DNA from: Escherichia coli
Lineage (GTDB): Bacteria > Pseudomonadota > Gammaproteobacteria > Enterobacterales > Enterobacteriaceae
Assembly (NCBI RefSeq): GCF_041886205.1
Contig: NZ_CP169029.1
Direction: 5' to 3' (one strand)
DNA: 64,000 nucleotides
Position numbers and translations under genes: made by a program. Numbering within the stretch: position 1 is the stretch's first letter; each line of letters starts with the position of its first letter. The notes beneath the pieces were generated by a model, which saw only the letters and a program-made list of their open reading frames with translations, searched no databases and had not been told where the DNA came from. Below are positions 9,895 through 19,281 of the stretch, piece by piece.

Positions 9895-10725
9895 ATGTCT
9901 ATGCCATTAAGCAATGCCGCTAATAACCAATTCTATATAAATAATCACTTCCTTCATCATCCAAAAGTCGACAATGAGTTAACACGTAAATATGAACGTG
10001 CACGCCTGGATACGGAAAATATCTATCTTCTGCCTCTTACTCGTGGCAATAACCATAATTACGATGGAAAAAGCGTTGTCGAAATTAGAAAACTTGATAT
10101 TAGTAAAGAGTCCTGGCCATTTAATTATGTGACAGAAACATGCAGAGAATCCGATGGTATTACAACAACAGGTCGTATGCTCTATCGAAACTTGCGAATT
10201 ACCTCAGCTTTAGACGAAATATATGGTGGTATATGTAAAAAGGCGCATGCTGCCACAGAGTTAGCAGAAGGATTACGGCTAAATTTATTTATGAAGAGCC
10301 CTTTCGATCCTGTTGAGGACTATACAGTTCATGAAATAACATTAGGCCCTGGTTGCAATGTTCCTGGTTATGCCGGAACCACGATAGGATATATTTCAAC
10401 CCTTCCAGCTTCTCAGGCAAAAAGATGGACCAATGAGCAGCCAAGGATTGATATCTATATTGATCAGATAATGACGGTAACAGGGGTAGCAAATTCTTCC
10501 GGATTCGCCCTTGCCGTATTACTTAATGCTAATATTGAGTTGGGTAATGACCCAATAATTGGTATAGAAGCCTATCCCGGTACCGCGGAGATCCATGCAA
10601 AAATGGGATATAAAGTTATCCCGGGTGATGAAAATGCACCACTCAAACGTATGACTCTGCAACCGTCATCTCTTCCAGAACTGTTTGAATTAAAAAATGG
10701 TGAATGGAATTATATTGGTAAATAA
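9895..10725 (+). CDS. yjiC: Uncharacterized protein YjiC, low-GC gene
   Basis: 276-aa ORF with AT-rich codon usage, preceded by a 660-bp very AT-rich intergenic region; position matches K-12 yjiC. Confidence 0.7.
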   Translation: MSMPLSNAANNQFYINNHFLHHPKVDNELTRKYERARLDTENIYLLPLTRGNNHNYDGKSVVEIRKLDISKESWPFNYVTETCRESDGITTTGRMLYRNLRITSALDEIYGGICKKAHAATELAEGLRLNLFMKSPFDPVEDYTVHEITLGPGCNVPGYAGTTIGYISTLPASQAKRWTNEQPRIDIYIDQIMTVTGVANSSGFALAVLLNANIELGNDPIIGIEAYPGTAEIHAKMGYKVIPGDENAPLKRMTLQPSSLPELFELKNGEWNYIGK

Positions 10726-10865
10726 CTACCAGGAAGAATGAGTACTAACATTCAGGTTATACAGATAGCTAAACAATACCCTGCAATTTACAAAGTAATA
10801 CTCATTGCGACTTCTTAATTTAAGAAAGCGCAAGGAACGTTTACCCTTGCGCTTATTATAATAAG

Positions 10866-11639
10866 TCAGGCGTCGACTTTATCCAGCGGCCATGAATCAA
10901 ACAGATAGCCATCAAAATAAATATCGTCAACGTTCGAGAATTCCAGCAGACGTTGCTTAACGTTTTCCAGATGCTGCCACATTGCCAGCTTCGCCGCTCG
11001 GGCATCTTTTTTGATTAACGCGGCGAGGATCTGTTTGTGATCGCCCAACCACTCTTTGCGATACAGGCTGTCATCCAGATGGCTGTGCAACTGGATCCAC
11101 ATTGGATTGTTTTCCCGCCACTGCCAGGACTGACGGAACAGCTCCACCAGCATGCTGTTATGCGTTGCTTCGGCAATAGCGAGATGGAACTGCATGTCAC
11201 CGCTTTCGCTGCTGCCCGGCGCACTGGAAGCCAGTTCACGCTCTTCCAGTTGCAATGCCTGACGCATTTTGACGATATCTTCGCGGGTAGCCTGCAGGGC
11301 GGCAAACTCGGCGATGTTGCTCTCAAGAAGCTGTCGCGCCTGCAACAGCTCAAAAGGACCCGCATCATTGCAAACGTTGGCATCCGGACTGTCTGTGTTG
11401 TGGCTGCCTGAGCTATCAAGAACATAGATACCGGCACCCCGGCGCACTTCCACCAGCCCTTTGATCTCCAGCATGATCAGCGCTTCACGTACCACCGTCC
11501 GCGTGACATCAAGCATTTCTGCAATTTCACGCTCCGGCGGCAGCCGTTCGCCAGGATTGTACGGCGTCTTTATGATCAGATCGCGGATCATCGCCCCGAC
11601 TTCCTGGTAAGGTCTTTGCGCAGAGGTGGCAGATTTCAT
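10866..11639 (-). CDS. uxuR: GntR/FadR-family transcriptional repressor UxuR
   Basis: 257 aa; N-terminal GntR-type HTH (RLPPEREIAEMLDVTRTVVREAL); adjacent to uxuAB. Confidence 0.9.
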   Translation of the reverse strand: MKSATSAQRPYQEVGAMIRDLIIKTPYNPGERLPPEREIAEMLDVTRTVVREALIMLEIKGLVEVRRGAGIYVLDSSGSHNTDSPDANVCNDAGPFELLQARQLLESNIAEFAALQATREDIVKMRQALQLEERELASSAPGSSESGDMQFHLAIAEATHNSMLVELFRQSWQWRENNPMWIQLHSHLDDSLYRKEWLGDHKQILAALIKKDARAAKLAMWQHLENVKQRLLEFSNVDDIYFDGYLFDSWPLDKVDA

Positions 11640-11674
11640 GGTGTTGTGTCCGTTAGGTGCGGTTAATCAAATTT

Positions 11675-11708
11675 TGCCGGATGCGGCGTGAACGCCTTAT
11701 CCGGCCTA
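11675..11708. repeat. REP (repetitive extragenic palindromic) element
   Basis: gccggatgcggcgtgaacgccttatccggcctac, the canonical E. coli REP sequence, between uxuR and uxuB. Confidence 0.8.
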
Positions 11709-11852
11709 CAACGGGCAATTTTACGGCCCCCGTTAATCTCAAACTATACCATTAGCACTGGAAGTTGGCACGTACAGGTGGGCAAAAAAACGAAAACTGG
11801 TCAACCAAATATCAGTTTGATTGACCAGTAAGTCTGTAGGGTAATCAGTTAG

Positions 11853-13313
11853 TTACAGCGCAGCCACACACTCGCGCGCACCGCGTTCGCACAGCTGCTG
11901 ATATGCCGCCGTCACCGCGCCAACAAAGTCCGCATTTTGCGGCAGATCATCGGCAAAAATACCGCTCAGGCCCAGCAACGCTTTCACGCGGTCTGCGCCC
12001 TGATTCTGCGCGTTGATCTTCTGGAACTCCGCCAGCATCGGGTCAACTACGTCAATGGCATTACCCTGCTCATCCACGCCCTGGGTGTAGCGCATCCAGC
12101 CAGCCACGCCCAGCGCCAGGTGACGCCAGCTGCCGCCGTTTTGCAGGTGCAGACGCACCGGATCCAGCAGACGCTGCGGTAACTTCTGGCTGCCGTCCAT
12201 CGCAATCTGCCAGGTACGGTGACGCAGAGACGGGTTGCTGAAACGCTCGATCAGCAGCGTCGCATAGGCGTTCAGGTCCGTACCTTCCGGCATCGACAGC
12301 GTTGGCGCTTGTTCCTGCATCATCAGGGCAAAGGCCGCTTTGCGATAATCCGGGTTAGTCATGGTGTCGGCAATAGTTTCATAGCCGCCGAGGTAACCGA
12401 GGTATGCCAGGAAAGAGTGGCTGCCGTTCAGCATACGCAGCTTCATCATTTCGAACGGCACAACGTCTGCAACGAACTGTGCGCCCACTTTATCCCAGTC
12501 CGGGCGACCATTAACGAAGTTATCTTCAATCACCCACTGACGGAACGGTTCGCAGGCAATGGCGCACGGGTCGTAAACACCCAGCTGGTCAGCAATTTCC
12601 TGTAAGGTTTCTGGCGTCGCCGCCGGAACGATGCGGTCAACCATGGTGCACGGGAAGGTGACGTTCTCTTCAATCCATGCCGCCAGCTGCGGATCGCGTG
12701 CCTGAGCCAGCCCAAGAACGGCAACCTTCGCCACATGACCGTTTTCTCGCACGTTGTCGCAGGACATCACCGTAAACGCTTTCAACCTTTTTTCACGACG
12801 CAGGCGCAACGCTTCTACGATGTAACCAATCGCGGACTTCGGCGCAGTCGGGTTTTCCAGATCGTGCTTGATCAGCGGGTTATTGAGATCCAGTTGACCG
12901 CTTGCCGCATCAGCGCAGTAGCCTTTTTCCGTGACCGTTAGAGAGACAATCGCCGTTTGCGGACGCGCCATCGCGTTGAGAATACCTTCGCAGCCATCGA
13001 TTTCCGGATGCAGCGCTTCTTTCATTGAACCGATAATTTTCAGCTCGGTGCTTTCTGCGCCTTTTTCCGCCACGGTGTACAGCAGTTGCTGTTTTTTCAG
13101 GTTTTCGATCAGCACGCGGTCGTTGCCTGGCATCAGGTTAACTTCGCAGATACCCCAGTCGCTGTCGGTGCTTTCCAGCAGGTGATGGGTATACAGCGCC
13201 TGGTGCGCGCGGTGAAACGCCCCGCAACCGAGATGCACAATGCGTGATTCCAGACGAGAATGATCCCATGACGGGCGGGCAACCGGCAGATTGCTGTCAA
13301 CAATAGTAGTCAT
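11853..13313 (-). CDS. uxuB: D-mannonate oxidoreductase (fructuronate reductase)
   Basis: 486 aa, mannitol-dehydrogenase-family protein with N-terminal Rossmann motif (VHLGCGAFHRAH); uxuAB operon context. Confidence 0.9.
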   Translation of the reverse strand: MTTIVDSNLPVARPSWDHSRLESRIVHLGCGAFHRAHQALYTHHLLESTDSDWGICEVNLMPGNDRVLIENLKKQQLLYTVAEKGAESTELKIIGSMKEALHPEIDGCEGILNAMARPQTAIVSLTVTEKGYCADAASGQLDLNNPLIKHDLENPTAPKSAIGYIVEALRLRREKRLKAFTVMSCDNVRENGHVAKVAVLGLAQARDPQLAAWIEENVTFPCTMVDRIVPAATPETLQEIADQLGVYDPCAIACEPFRQWVIEDNFVNGRPDWDKVGAQFVADVVPFEMMKLRMLNGSHSFLAYLGYLGGYETIADTMTNPDYRKAAFALMMQEQAPTLSMPEGTDLNAYATLLIERFSNPSLRHRTWQIAMDGSQKLPQRLLDPVRLHLQNGGSWRHLALGVAGWMRYTQGVDEQGNAIDVVDPMLAEFQKINAQNQGADRVKALLGLSGIFADDLPQNADFVGAVTAAYQQLCERGARECVAAL

Positions 13314-13393
13314 CGTAAACTCCAGAATCCGTCTTCAGAGAGTGACGGCAAGGAAGAAGGAACCGGCACGGCGCGCAGCCATGCCGGTGGATA

Positions 13394-14578
13394 TTAACGG
13401 CTAAAGAAAGCGCGCTGGATCGCCAGTTCGACACCGCGAACTTCGGCCAGGCCTTTCAGACGACCAATTGCGGAGTAACCTGGGTTGGTTTTCTTCTTCA
13501 GGTCGTCCAGCATCTGATGACCGTGGTCCGGACGCATCGGGATCAGGTCTTCTTTGCCTTCCGCTTTACGACGGTGTTCTTCTTCAACAATCGCTTTCAC
13601 CACTTCGTACATATCAACGTCACCGTTCAGGTGCGCCGCTTCGTGGAAGGTTTTGGGGTTATCTTCACGCATGGTGGAGCGCAGATGGGTGAAGTAAATG
13701 CGCGGACCAAACTGCTTGATCATATCAACCAGATCGTTGTCAGCACGCACGCCGTAGGAACCGGTGCACATGGTGAAACCGTTCGCCATGCTGTTTACGG
13801 TATCAACCATCCACTGCATATCTTCAATGGTGGAAACAATGCGCGGCAGGCCGAGGATCGGGCGCGGCGGATCGTCCGGGTGAACAGCCATACGCACGCC
13901 AACTTCTTCGGCAACCGGAATAATCGCTTTCAGGAAGACCGCAAAGTTTTCGCGCAGTTTGGCTTTGTCGATATCTTTGTACAGCTCCAGGTGTTTACGG
14001 AACTGGTCGAGGGTGTAGCCTTCTTCCGCGCCCGGAAGACCAGCAATGATGTTACGGGTCAGACGCGCTTTGTCTTCGTCGCTCATAGTGGCGAAGCGAA
14101 CAGCAGCCTGAGCAATTTCTTCTTCGGCGTAATCCGCTTCCGCGCCTGGACGTTTCAGGATATGCATTTCGAATGCAGCGAATTCGATCTGGTCGAAGCG
14201 CAGCGCTTTGGAGCCGTCTGGCAGCACGTATTCGAGGTCAGTACGGGTCCAGTCGAGCACCGGCATGAAGTTGTAGCACACGGTGCGAATGCCGCACTGC
14301 GCCAGGTTGCGCAGAGTCTGCTGATAGTTAGCGATCCACTGCTCATAGTTGCCAGTGTGGGTTTTGATATCTTCGTGAATTGGTACGCTTTCTACGACAG
14401 ACCACACCAGGCCTGCGTCTTCAACGATCGCCTTGCGTTTGAGGATCTCTTCTACGGACCATACTTCGCCGTTCGGGATATGGTGCAGCGCGGTAACCAC
14501 GCCAGTTGCGCCCGCCTGACGGACATCAGCTAAAGAAACCGGATCGTTTGGGCCGTACCAGCGCCAGGTCTGTTCCAT
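13394..14578 (-). CDS. uxuA: Mannonate dehydratase
   Basis: Translation from [23 protein letters not shown]... (394 aa) matches UxuA; start chosen at internal Met of the 406-aa ORF. Confidence 0.9.
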   Translation of the reverse strand: MEQTWRWYGPNDPVSLADVRQAGATGVVTALHHIPNGEVWSVEEILKRKAIVEDAGLVWSVVESVPIHEDIKTHTGNYEQWIANYQQTLRNLAQCGIRTVCYNFMPVLDWTRTDLEYVLPDGSKALRFDQIEFAAFEMHILKRPGAEADYAEEEIAQAAVRFATMSDEDKARLTRNIIAGLPGAEEGYTLDQFRKHLELYKDIDKAKLRENFAVFLKAIIPVAEEVGVRMAVHPDDPPRPILGLPRIVSTIEDMQWMVDTVNSMANGFTMCTGSYGVRADNDLVDMIKQFGPRIYFTHLRSTMREDNPKTFHEAAHLNGDVDMYEVVKAIVEEEHRRKAEGKEDLIPMRPDHGHQMLDDLKKKTNPGYSAIGRLKGLAEVRGVELAIQRAFFSR

Positions 14579-14740
14579 GATTTTTCCTCTTTCACATAGT
14601 GGGTTCCACAGCAAAGAGACGCGGAACCCTGGAGTTGTTTAGGTATCCGGATGAACAACCAGACCGCAGCCGTGGCGTTGCATCGGATGAGATGGCGTAT
14701 AAGTTCTACCTTTTGGTAAGACATGTCAACCCGAATTCTG

Positions 14741-14864
14741 AAATTGGTTAACCACATCACAAGAAATCAACTCTATTGCTGGTTGATGCAAATGACAACA
14801 AAGGAGAAGCGGCGGTTAGTAATCGGGGGATGTGACATTCATCGCAATAATGGTTGACCAATTT
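14741..14864. promoter_or_regulatory. uxuAB control region with two UxuR/ExuR-operator-like palindromes
   Basis: aaattggttaaccacat (14741-14757) and tggttgaccaattt (14851-14864), near-palindromes around TGGTTAACCA, upstream of uxuA. Confidence 0.55.
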
Positions 14865-14972
14865 ACATAACGTGTCGCCCAAAATAACAATGGATTAACC
14901 TACTCCCCCATTGCATAAGTTGTGACCGACACAACAAAACTGATGTTGTTGCAAAGATTGCTATTTAGTTTT

Positions 14973-14987
14973 GGTATAAAAGGTATA
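14973..14987. promoter_or_regulatory. NanR-operator-like GGTATA direct repeats upstream of nanM
   Basis: ggtataaaaggtata about 50 bp upstream of the nanM start; NanR is known to bind GGTATA repeats. Confidence 0.45.
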
Positions 14988-15036
14988 CAGGCACATGGTG
15001 CGACATTTGAATTCCAGCGATCAGGAGTAATTCACA

Positions 15037-16143
15037 ATGAATAAAACAATAACGGCGCTTGCTATCATGATGGCTTCATTTGCCGCAAACGCGTCTGTAT
15101 TACCGGAAACTCCTGTGCCATTTAAAAGTGGTACCGGAGCAATTGATAACGACACTGTCTACATTGGTTTAGGTAGCACAGGTACGGCATGGTACAAGCT
15201 GGATACACAGGCCAAAGATAAAAAATGGACAGCGTTAGCTGCATTCCCTGGCGGACCAAGAGATCAAGCAACCTCGGCATTTATTGATGGCAATCTGTAT
15301 GTGTTTGGCGGCATTGGCAAAAACAGCGAGGGCTTGACTCAGGTATTTAATGACGTACACAAATACAACCCCAAAACCAATAGTTGGGTTAAATTGATGT
15401 CGCACGCACCGATGGGCATGGCGGGTCATGTAACTTTTGTACACAACGGCAAGGCTTATGTTACTGGCGGTGTTAACCAGAATATCTTCAATGGCTATTT
15501 TGAAGATCTCAACGAGGCTGGAAAAGATTCAACCGCTGTAGATAAAATCAACGCTCACTATTTTGACAAAAAAGCAGAAGATTATTTCTTCAATAAGTTT
15601 CTGTTGTCTTTTGATCCCTCAACACAGCAATGGAGTTACGCTGGCGAATCCCCCTGGTACGGAACGGCTGGTGCGGCGGTTGTGAATAAAGGTGATAAAG
15701 CCTGGCTTATTAATGGCGAAGCCAAACCAGGATTGCGAACGGATGCCGTATTTGAACTTGATTTCACCGGTAATAATTTAAAATGGAATAAGCTTGCTCC
15801 CGTCTCATCACCAGATGGCGTCGCTGGCGGTTTTGCGGGGATAAGCAATGATTCTCTTATATTTGCCGGAGGGGCCGGATTCAAAGGTTCACGAGAAAAT
15901 TACCAGAACGGTAAGAACTATGCGCATGAAGGCCTGAAAAAATCATATAGCGCTGATGTTCATCTTTGGCATAACGGGAAATGGGATAAATCGGGCGAAT
16001 TGTCGCAAGGTCGGGCCTACGGAGTATCATTGCCCTGGAATAATAGTTTATTAATTATTGGCGGTGAAACTGCAGGCGGCAAAGCGGTGACGGATTCAGT
16101 TTTGATCTCTGTGAAGGATAATAAAGTCACAGTACAAAACTAA
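15037..16143 (+). CDS. nanM: N-acetylneuraminate epimerase (Kelch-repeat sialic acid mutarotase), signal peptide present
   Basis: 368 aa with N-terminal signal peptide (MNKTITALAIMMASFAANA) and repeated Kelch-like GG motifs; RBS aggag. Confidence 0.85.
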   Translation: MNKTITALAIMMASFAANASVLPETPVPFKSGTGAIDNDTVYIGLGSTGTAWYKLDTQAKDKKWTALAAFPGGPRDQATSAFIDGNLYVFGGIGKNSEGLTQVFNDVHKYNPKTNSWVKLMSHAPMGMAGHVTFVHNGKAYVTGGVNQNIFNGYFEDLNEAGKDSTAVDKINAHYFDKKAEDYFFNKFLLSFDPSTQQWSYAGESPWYGTAGAAVVNKGDKAWLINGEAKPGLRTDAVFELDFTGNNLKWNKLAPVSSPDGVAGGFAGISNDSLIFAGGAGFKGSRENYQNGKNYAHEGLKKSYSADVHLWHNGKWDKSGELSQGRAYGVSLPWNNSLLIIGGETAGGKAVTDSVLISVKDNKVTVQN

Positions 16144-16207
16144 CGCTTCAGGGCCCCAGTAAAGGGGCCCTGCTATCAATTTATCATATCAATTACGCGA
16201 AAATTAT

Positions 16208-17188
16208 ATGGACGCAATAATATCGCCCGATTATTACTATGTTCTTACCGTTGCTGGTCAGTCTAATGCCATGGCGTATGGCGAAGGACTGCCATTACCG
16301 GACAGGGAAGATGCGCCTCATCCCAGAATTAAACAATTAGCAAGATTTGCGCATACGCATCCCGGAGGCCCGTCATGTCACTTTAACGACATTATTCCAC
16401 TGACTCACTGCCCACACGATGTTCAGGATATGCAGGGTTATCACCATCCTCTGGCAACGAATCATCAAACACAGTACGGCACCGTTGGCCAGGCACTGCA
16501 TATTGCACGGAAATTACTGCCCTTCATTCCTGATAATGCAGGGGTTCTCATCGTTCCATGTTGTCGTGGCGGCTCGGCTTTTATCGCAGGCAGCGAAGGG
16601 ACATATTCAGAACGGCACGGAGCCAGCCATGATGCTTGTCGTTGGGGAACGGATACTCCGCTATACCAGGATTTAGTCAGCAGAACGCGAGCCGCACTGG
16701 CAAAAAATCCGCAGAACAAATTCCTCGGCGTATGCTGGATGCAAGGCGAATTTGACTTAATGACCTGTGACTACTCGTCACACCCTCAACACTTTAATCA
16801 TATGGTTGAAGCCTTTCGTAGGGATCTAAAACAATACCATTCTCAGCTTAATAAAATTACTGACGCGCCGTGGTTTTGCGGCGATACCACCTGGTACTGG
16901 AAAGAAAATTTCCCTCATGCGTATGAAGCTATTTATGGCAATTATCAAAATAATGTTTTAGCTAATATTATTTTCGTCGACTTCCAGCAACAAGGTGAAA
17001 GAGGACTGACGAACGCGCCTGATGAAGACCCGGACGATTTAATCATGGGATATTACGGTTCAGCGTACCGGTCACCGGAGAACTGGACGACGGCACTGCG
17101 AAGCAGTCATTTCAGCGCGGCAGCCCGTCGGGGGATTATTTCTGACAGGTTTGTAGAAGCAATTTTGCAGTTTTGGCGCGAAAGGTGA
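16208..17188 (+). CDS. nanS: 9-O-acetyl-N-acetylneuraminate esterase (SGNH/DUF303 family)
   Basis: 326 aa beginning ...YVLTVAGQSNAMAYGEG (GQSN catalytic-serine motif); directly downstream of nanM. Confidence 0.8.
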   Translation: MDAIISPDYYYVLTVAGQSNAMAYGEGLPLPDREDAPHPRIKQLARFAHTHPGGPSCHFNDIIPLTHCPHDVQDMQGYHHPLATNHQTQYGTVGQALHIARKLLPFIPDNAGVLIVPCCRGGSAFIAGSEGTYSERHGASHDACRWGTDTPLYQDLVSRTRAALAKNPQNKFLGVCWMQGEFDLMTCDYSSHPQHFNHMVEAFRRDLKQYHSQLNKITDAPWFCGDTTWYWKENFPHAYEAIYGNYQNNVLANIIFVDFQQQGERGLTNAPDEDPDDLIMGYYGSAYRSPENWTTALRSSHFSAAARRGIISDRFVEAILQFWRER

Positions 17189-17195
17189 GCGTTCA

Positions 17196-17846
17196 TTAAT
17201 TTGATTTATTCGCATCCATTAGCGCTTTTAACTGCTCCGGCGTAAACGGTGGTTTGCGTCGGTGCAGCATCGCATGGCAATTAGGGCACACAGGAAGCAA
17301 ATCATTAACTGGATCCAGCTGGTAATCCTCTTTAATGGCTGAAAGCGGCACCAGGTGATGCACATGGATAAAGCCTTCAGCGATATCACCATAGATCTTC
17401 ACCAGATCAACGCCGCATACGTTGCATTGGCATCCATGATGTTCGACCGCTTTATCTCGGGCCTTTTTATCGCGTTCATAGCGGTTTACTGTCACCTTTA
17501 TCGCCGCACCTTCAACGTAGGTCCCCTGCGACGGCAGCTCATCCGGGAACAGAACGTCGGCTATGGGAGCCGCAGCGGCTTTATCCTGATGAATATGAAA
17601 TCCCTGCTCTATGAGTAGCTTGACACATTTAGATTTTATTCCGCCGGTGAAATCCGCAGGGGTAAATTGCGTCCCCGTCATCAATGTCGCTGCGATGCCA
17701 GCAATCGCCTTCGAGGGGTAACGTCGGCCATGATATTCAATTTCATACAACCGTGCAGGCTGGAACTGATGAGTTTCTCCCGCATCCCATAAATGAATAG
17801 CTTCGATGATATACCGCCGCGGAAGATGATCGGGGAGTTTATTCAT
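17196..17846 (-). CDS. HNH endonuclease, McrA-like (candidate modification-dependent restriction/defence nuclease)
   Basis: 216 aa; C-terminal HNH/zinc-finger signature CQCNVCG...HVHHLVPLS...NDLLPVCPNCH; N-terminal roughly 120-aa domain of unknown type; convergent with nanS, next to IS1. Confidence 0.7.
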   Translation of the reverse strand: MNKLPDHLPRRYIIEAIHLWDAGETHQFQPARLYEIEYHGRRYPSKAIAGIAATLMTGTQFTPADFTGGIKSKCVKLLIEQGFHIHQDKAAAAPIADVLFPDELPSQGTYVEGAAIKVTVNRYERDKKARDKAVEHHGCQCNVCGVDLVKIYGDIAEGFIHVHHLVPLSAIKEDYQLDPVNDLLPVCPNCHAMLHRRKPPFTPEQLKALMDANKSN

Positions 17847-17992
17847 AGAGAATGTCCTTATACGTTCTCAGAACAAGCAGCAAAAAAACAAATGAGATCA
17901 AAGTAATATATCTTCACTTGCAGGCTTGAACAGCAGAAAATTTGCGAGCATGATCGCAATTATTTCACTGCCAGGGAGGTAATGACTCCAAC

Positions 17993-18496
17993 TTATTGAT
18001 AGTGTTTTATGTTCAGATAATGCCCGATGACTTTGTCATGCAGCTCCACCGATTTTGAGAACGACAGCGACTTCCGTCCCAGCCGTGCCAGGTGCTGTCT
18101 CAGATTCAGGTTATGCCGCTCAATTCGCTGCGTATATCGCTTGCTGATTACGTGCAGCTTTCCCTTCAGGCGGGATTCATACAGCGGCCAGCCATCCGTC
18201 ATCCATATCACCACGTCAAAGGGTGACAGCAGGCTCATAAGACGCCCCAGCGTCGCCATAGTGCGTTCACCGAATACGTGCGCAACAACCGTCTTCCGGA
18301 GCCTGTCATACGCGTAAAACAGCCAGCGCTGGCGCGATTTAGCCCCGACATAGCCCCACTGTTCGTCCATTTCCGCGCAGACGATGACGTCACTGCCCGG
18401 CTGTATGCGCGAGGTTACCGACTGCGGCCTGAGTTTTTTAAATGGCGGAAAATCGTGTTGAGGCCAACGCCCATAATGCGGGCGGTTGCCCGGCAT
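17993..18496 (-). CDS. insB: IS1 transposase InsB reading frame (expressed as InsAB' by -1 frameshift)
   Basis: 167-aa [19 protein letters not shown]...DGWPLYE... overlapping the insA 3-prime end in the -1 frame, as in IS1. Confidence 0.9.
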   Translation of the reverse strand: MPGNRPHYGRWPQHDFPPFKKLRPQSVTSRIQPGSDVIVCAEMDEQWGYVGAKSRQRWLFYAYDRLRKTVVAHVFGERTMATLGRLMSLLSPFDVVIWMTDGWPLYESRLKGKLHVISKRYTQRIERHNLNLRQHLARLGRKSLSFSKSVELHDKVIGHYLNIKHYQ

Positions 18497-18690
18497 CCAA
18501 CGCCATTCATGGCCATATCAATGATTTTCTGGTGCGTACCGGGTTGAGAAGCGGTGTAAGTGAACTGCAGTTGCCATGTTTTACGGCAGTGAGAGCAGAG
18601 ATAGCGCTGATGTCCGGCGGTGCTTTTGCCGTTACGCACCACCCCGTCAGTAGCTGAACAGGAGGGACAGCTGATAGAAACAGAAGCCAC
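18415..18690 (-). CDS. insA: IS1 protein InsA
   Basis: 91-aa [46 protein letters not shown]..., the IS1 InsA zinc-finger protein. Confidence 0.95.
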   Translation of the reverse strand: MASVSISCPSCSATDGVVRNGKSTAGHQRYLCSHCRKTWQLQFTYTASQPGTHQKIIDMAMNGVGCRATARIMGVGLNTIFRHLKNSGRSR

Positions 18691-18745
18691 TGGAGCACCT
18701 CAAAAACACCATCATACACTAAATCAGTAAGTTGGCAGCATCACC

Positions 18746-19057
18746 CAGCAAACGAACCTGGATGATTTGCCGGATAAAGCCAGCATCATTGACGCGTTTT
18801 TTACCTTTGCTCAACGCGAACAGCAACGTGAAGCAGAAGCCTTGATCAAAGAAGAAAATCTCAATGAAGAGGCGGCGAAACGCTATATTCGCACGTCTTT
18901 AAAACGCGAATACGCCACCGAAAATGGCACGGAATTAAACGAGACATTGCCAAAACTCAGTCCGTTAAATCCGCAATATAAGACGAAAAAACAGACGGTT
19001 TTCCAGAAGATCGTCGCGTTTATTGAGAAGTTTAAAGGTGTAGGCGGGCAGATATAA
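18746..19057 (+). pseudogene. 3-prime remnant of a larger gene truncated at its 5-prime end by IS1; encoded tail is charged and helical
   Basis: Reading frame is open from the IS1 boundary with no start context (first listed codon is TTG); peptide ...[37 protein letters not shown]...[15 protein letters not shown]. Confidence 0.6.
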
Positions 19058-19240
19058 TGTATTAATCCGAACCTGATCTGGCAGATAGCTGTCAGATCAG
19101 GACTGAGCTAATACAAATTAATGTCGAACCGAAAATACCAACGCCTGTACCAACATTTTTCGTTTGCGATGGGTTGGAATTGGTTAGCCCTGAGAGAGTT
19201 AAAATAGCGAGAAAGATAGGTAACTAACGGATTTCAGACA

Positions 19241-19268
19241 CAAAAAAAGCCGCTCTTGAGCGGCTCGA
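19241..19268 (-). terminator. Rho-independent terminator of leuX
   Basis: On the minus strand gagccgctcaagagcggc hairpin followed by a T-run immediately 3-prime of the tRNA. Confidence 0.7.
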
Positions 19269-19281
19269 TTTGCATACGGTG

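Larger units (their letters stand above)
17978..18745 (-). mobile_element. IS1 insertion sequence, complete 768-bp copy with both terminal inverted repeats
   Basis: Ends ggtaatgactccaacttattgatag... and ...cactaaatcagtaagttggcagcatcacc match the IS1 terminal repeats; contains insA and insB reading frames. Confidence 0.95.

Noticed and set aside
13517-14533. 338-aa ORF antisense to uxuA
   Set aside because: Antisense overlap with a well-supported conserved gene; no independent signals.
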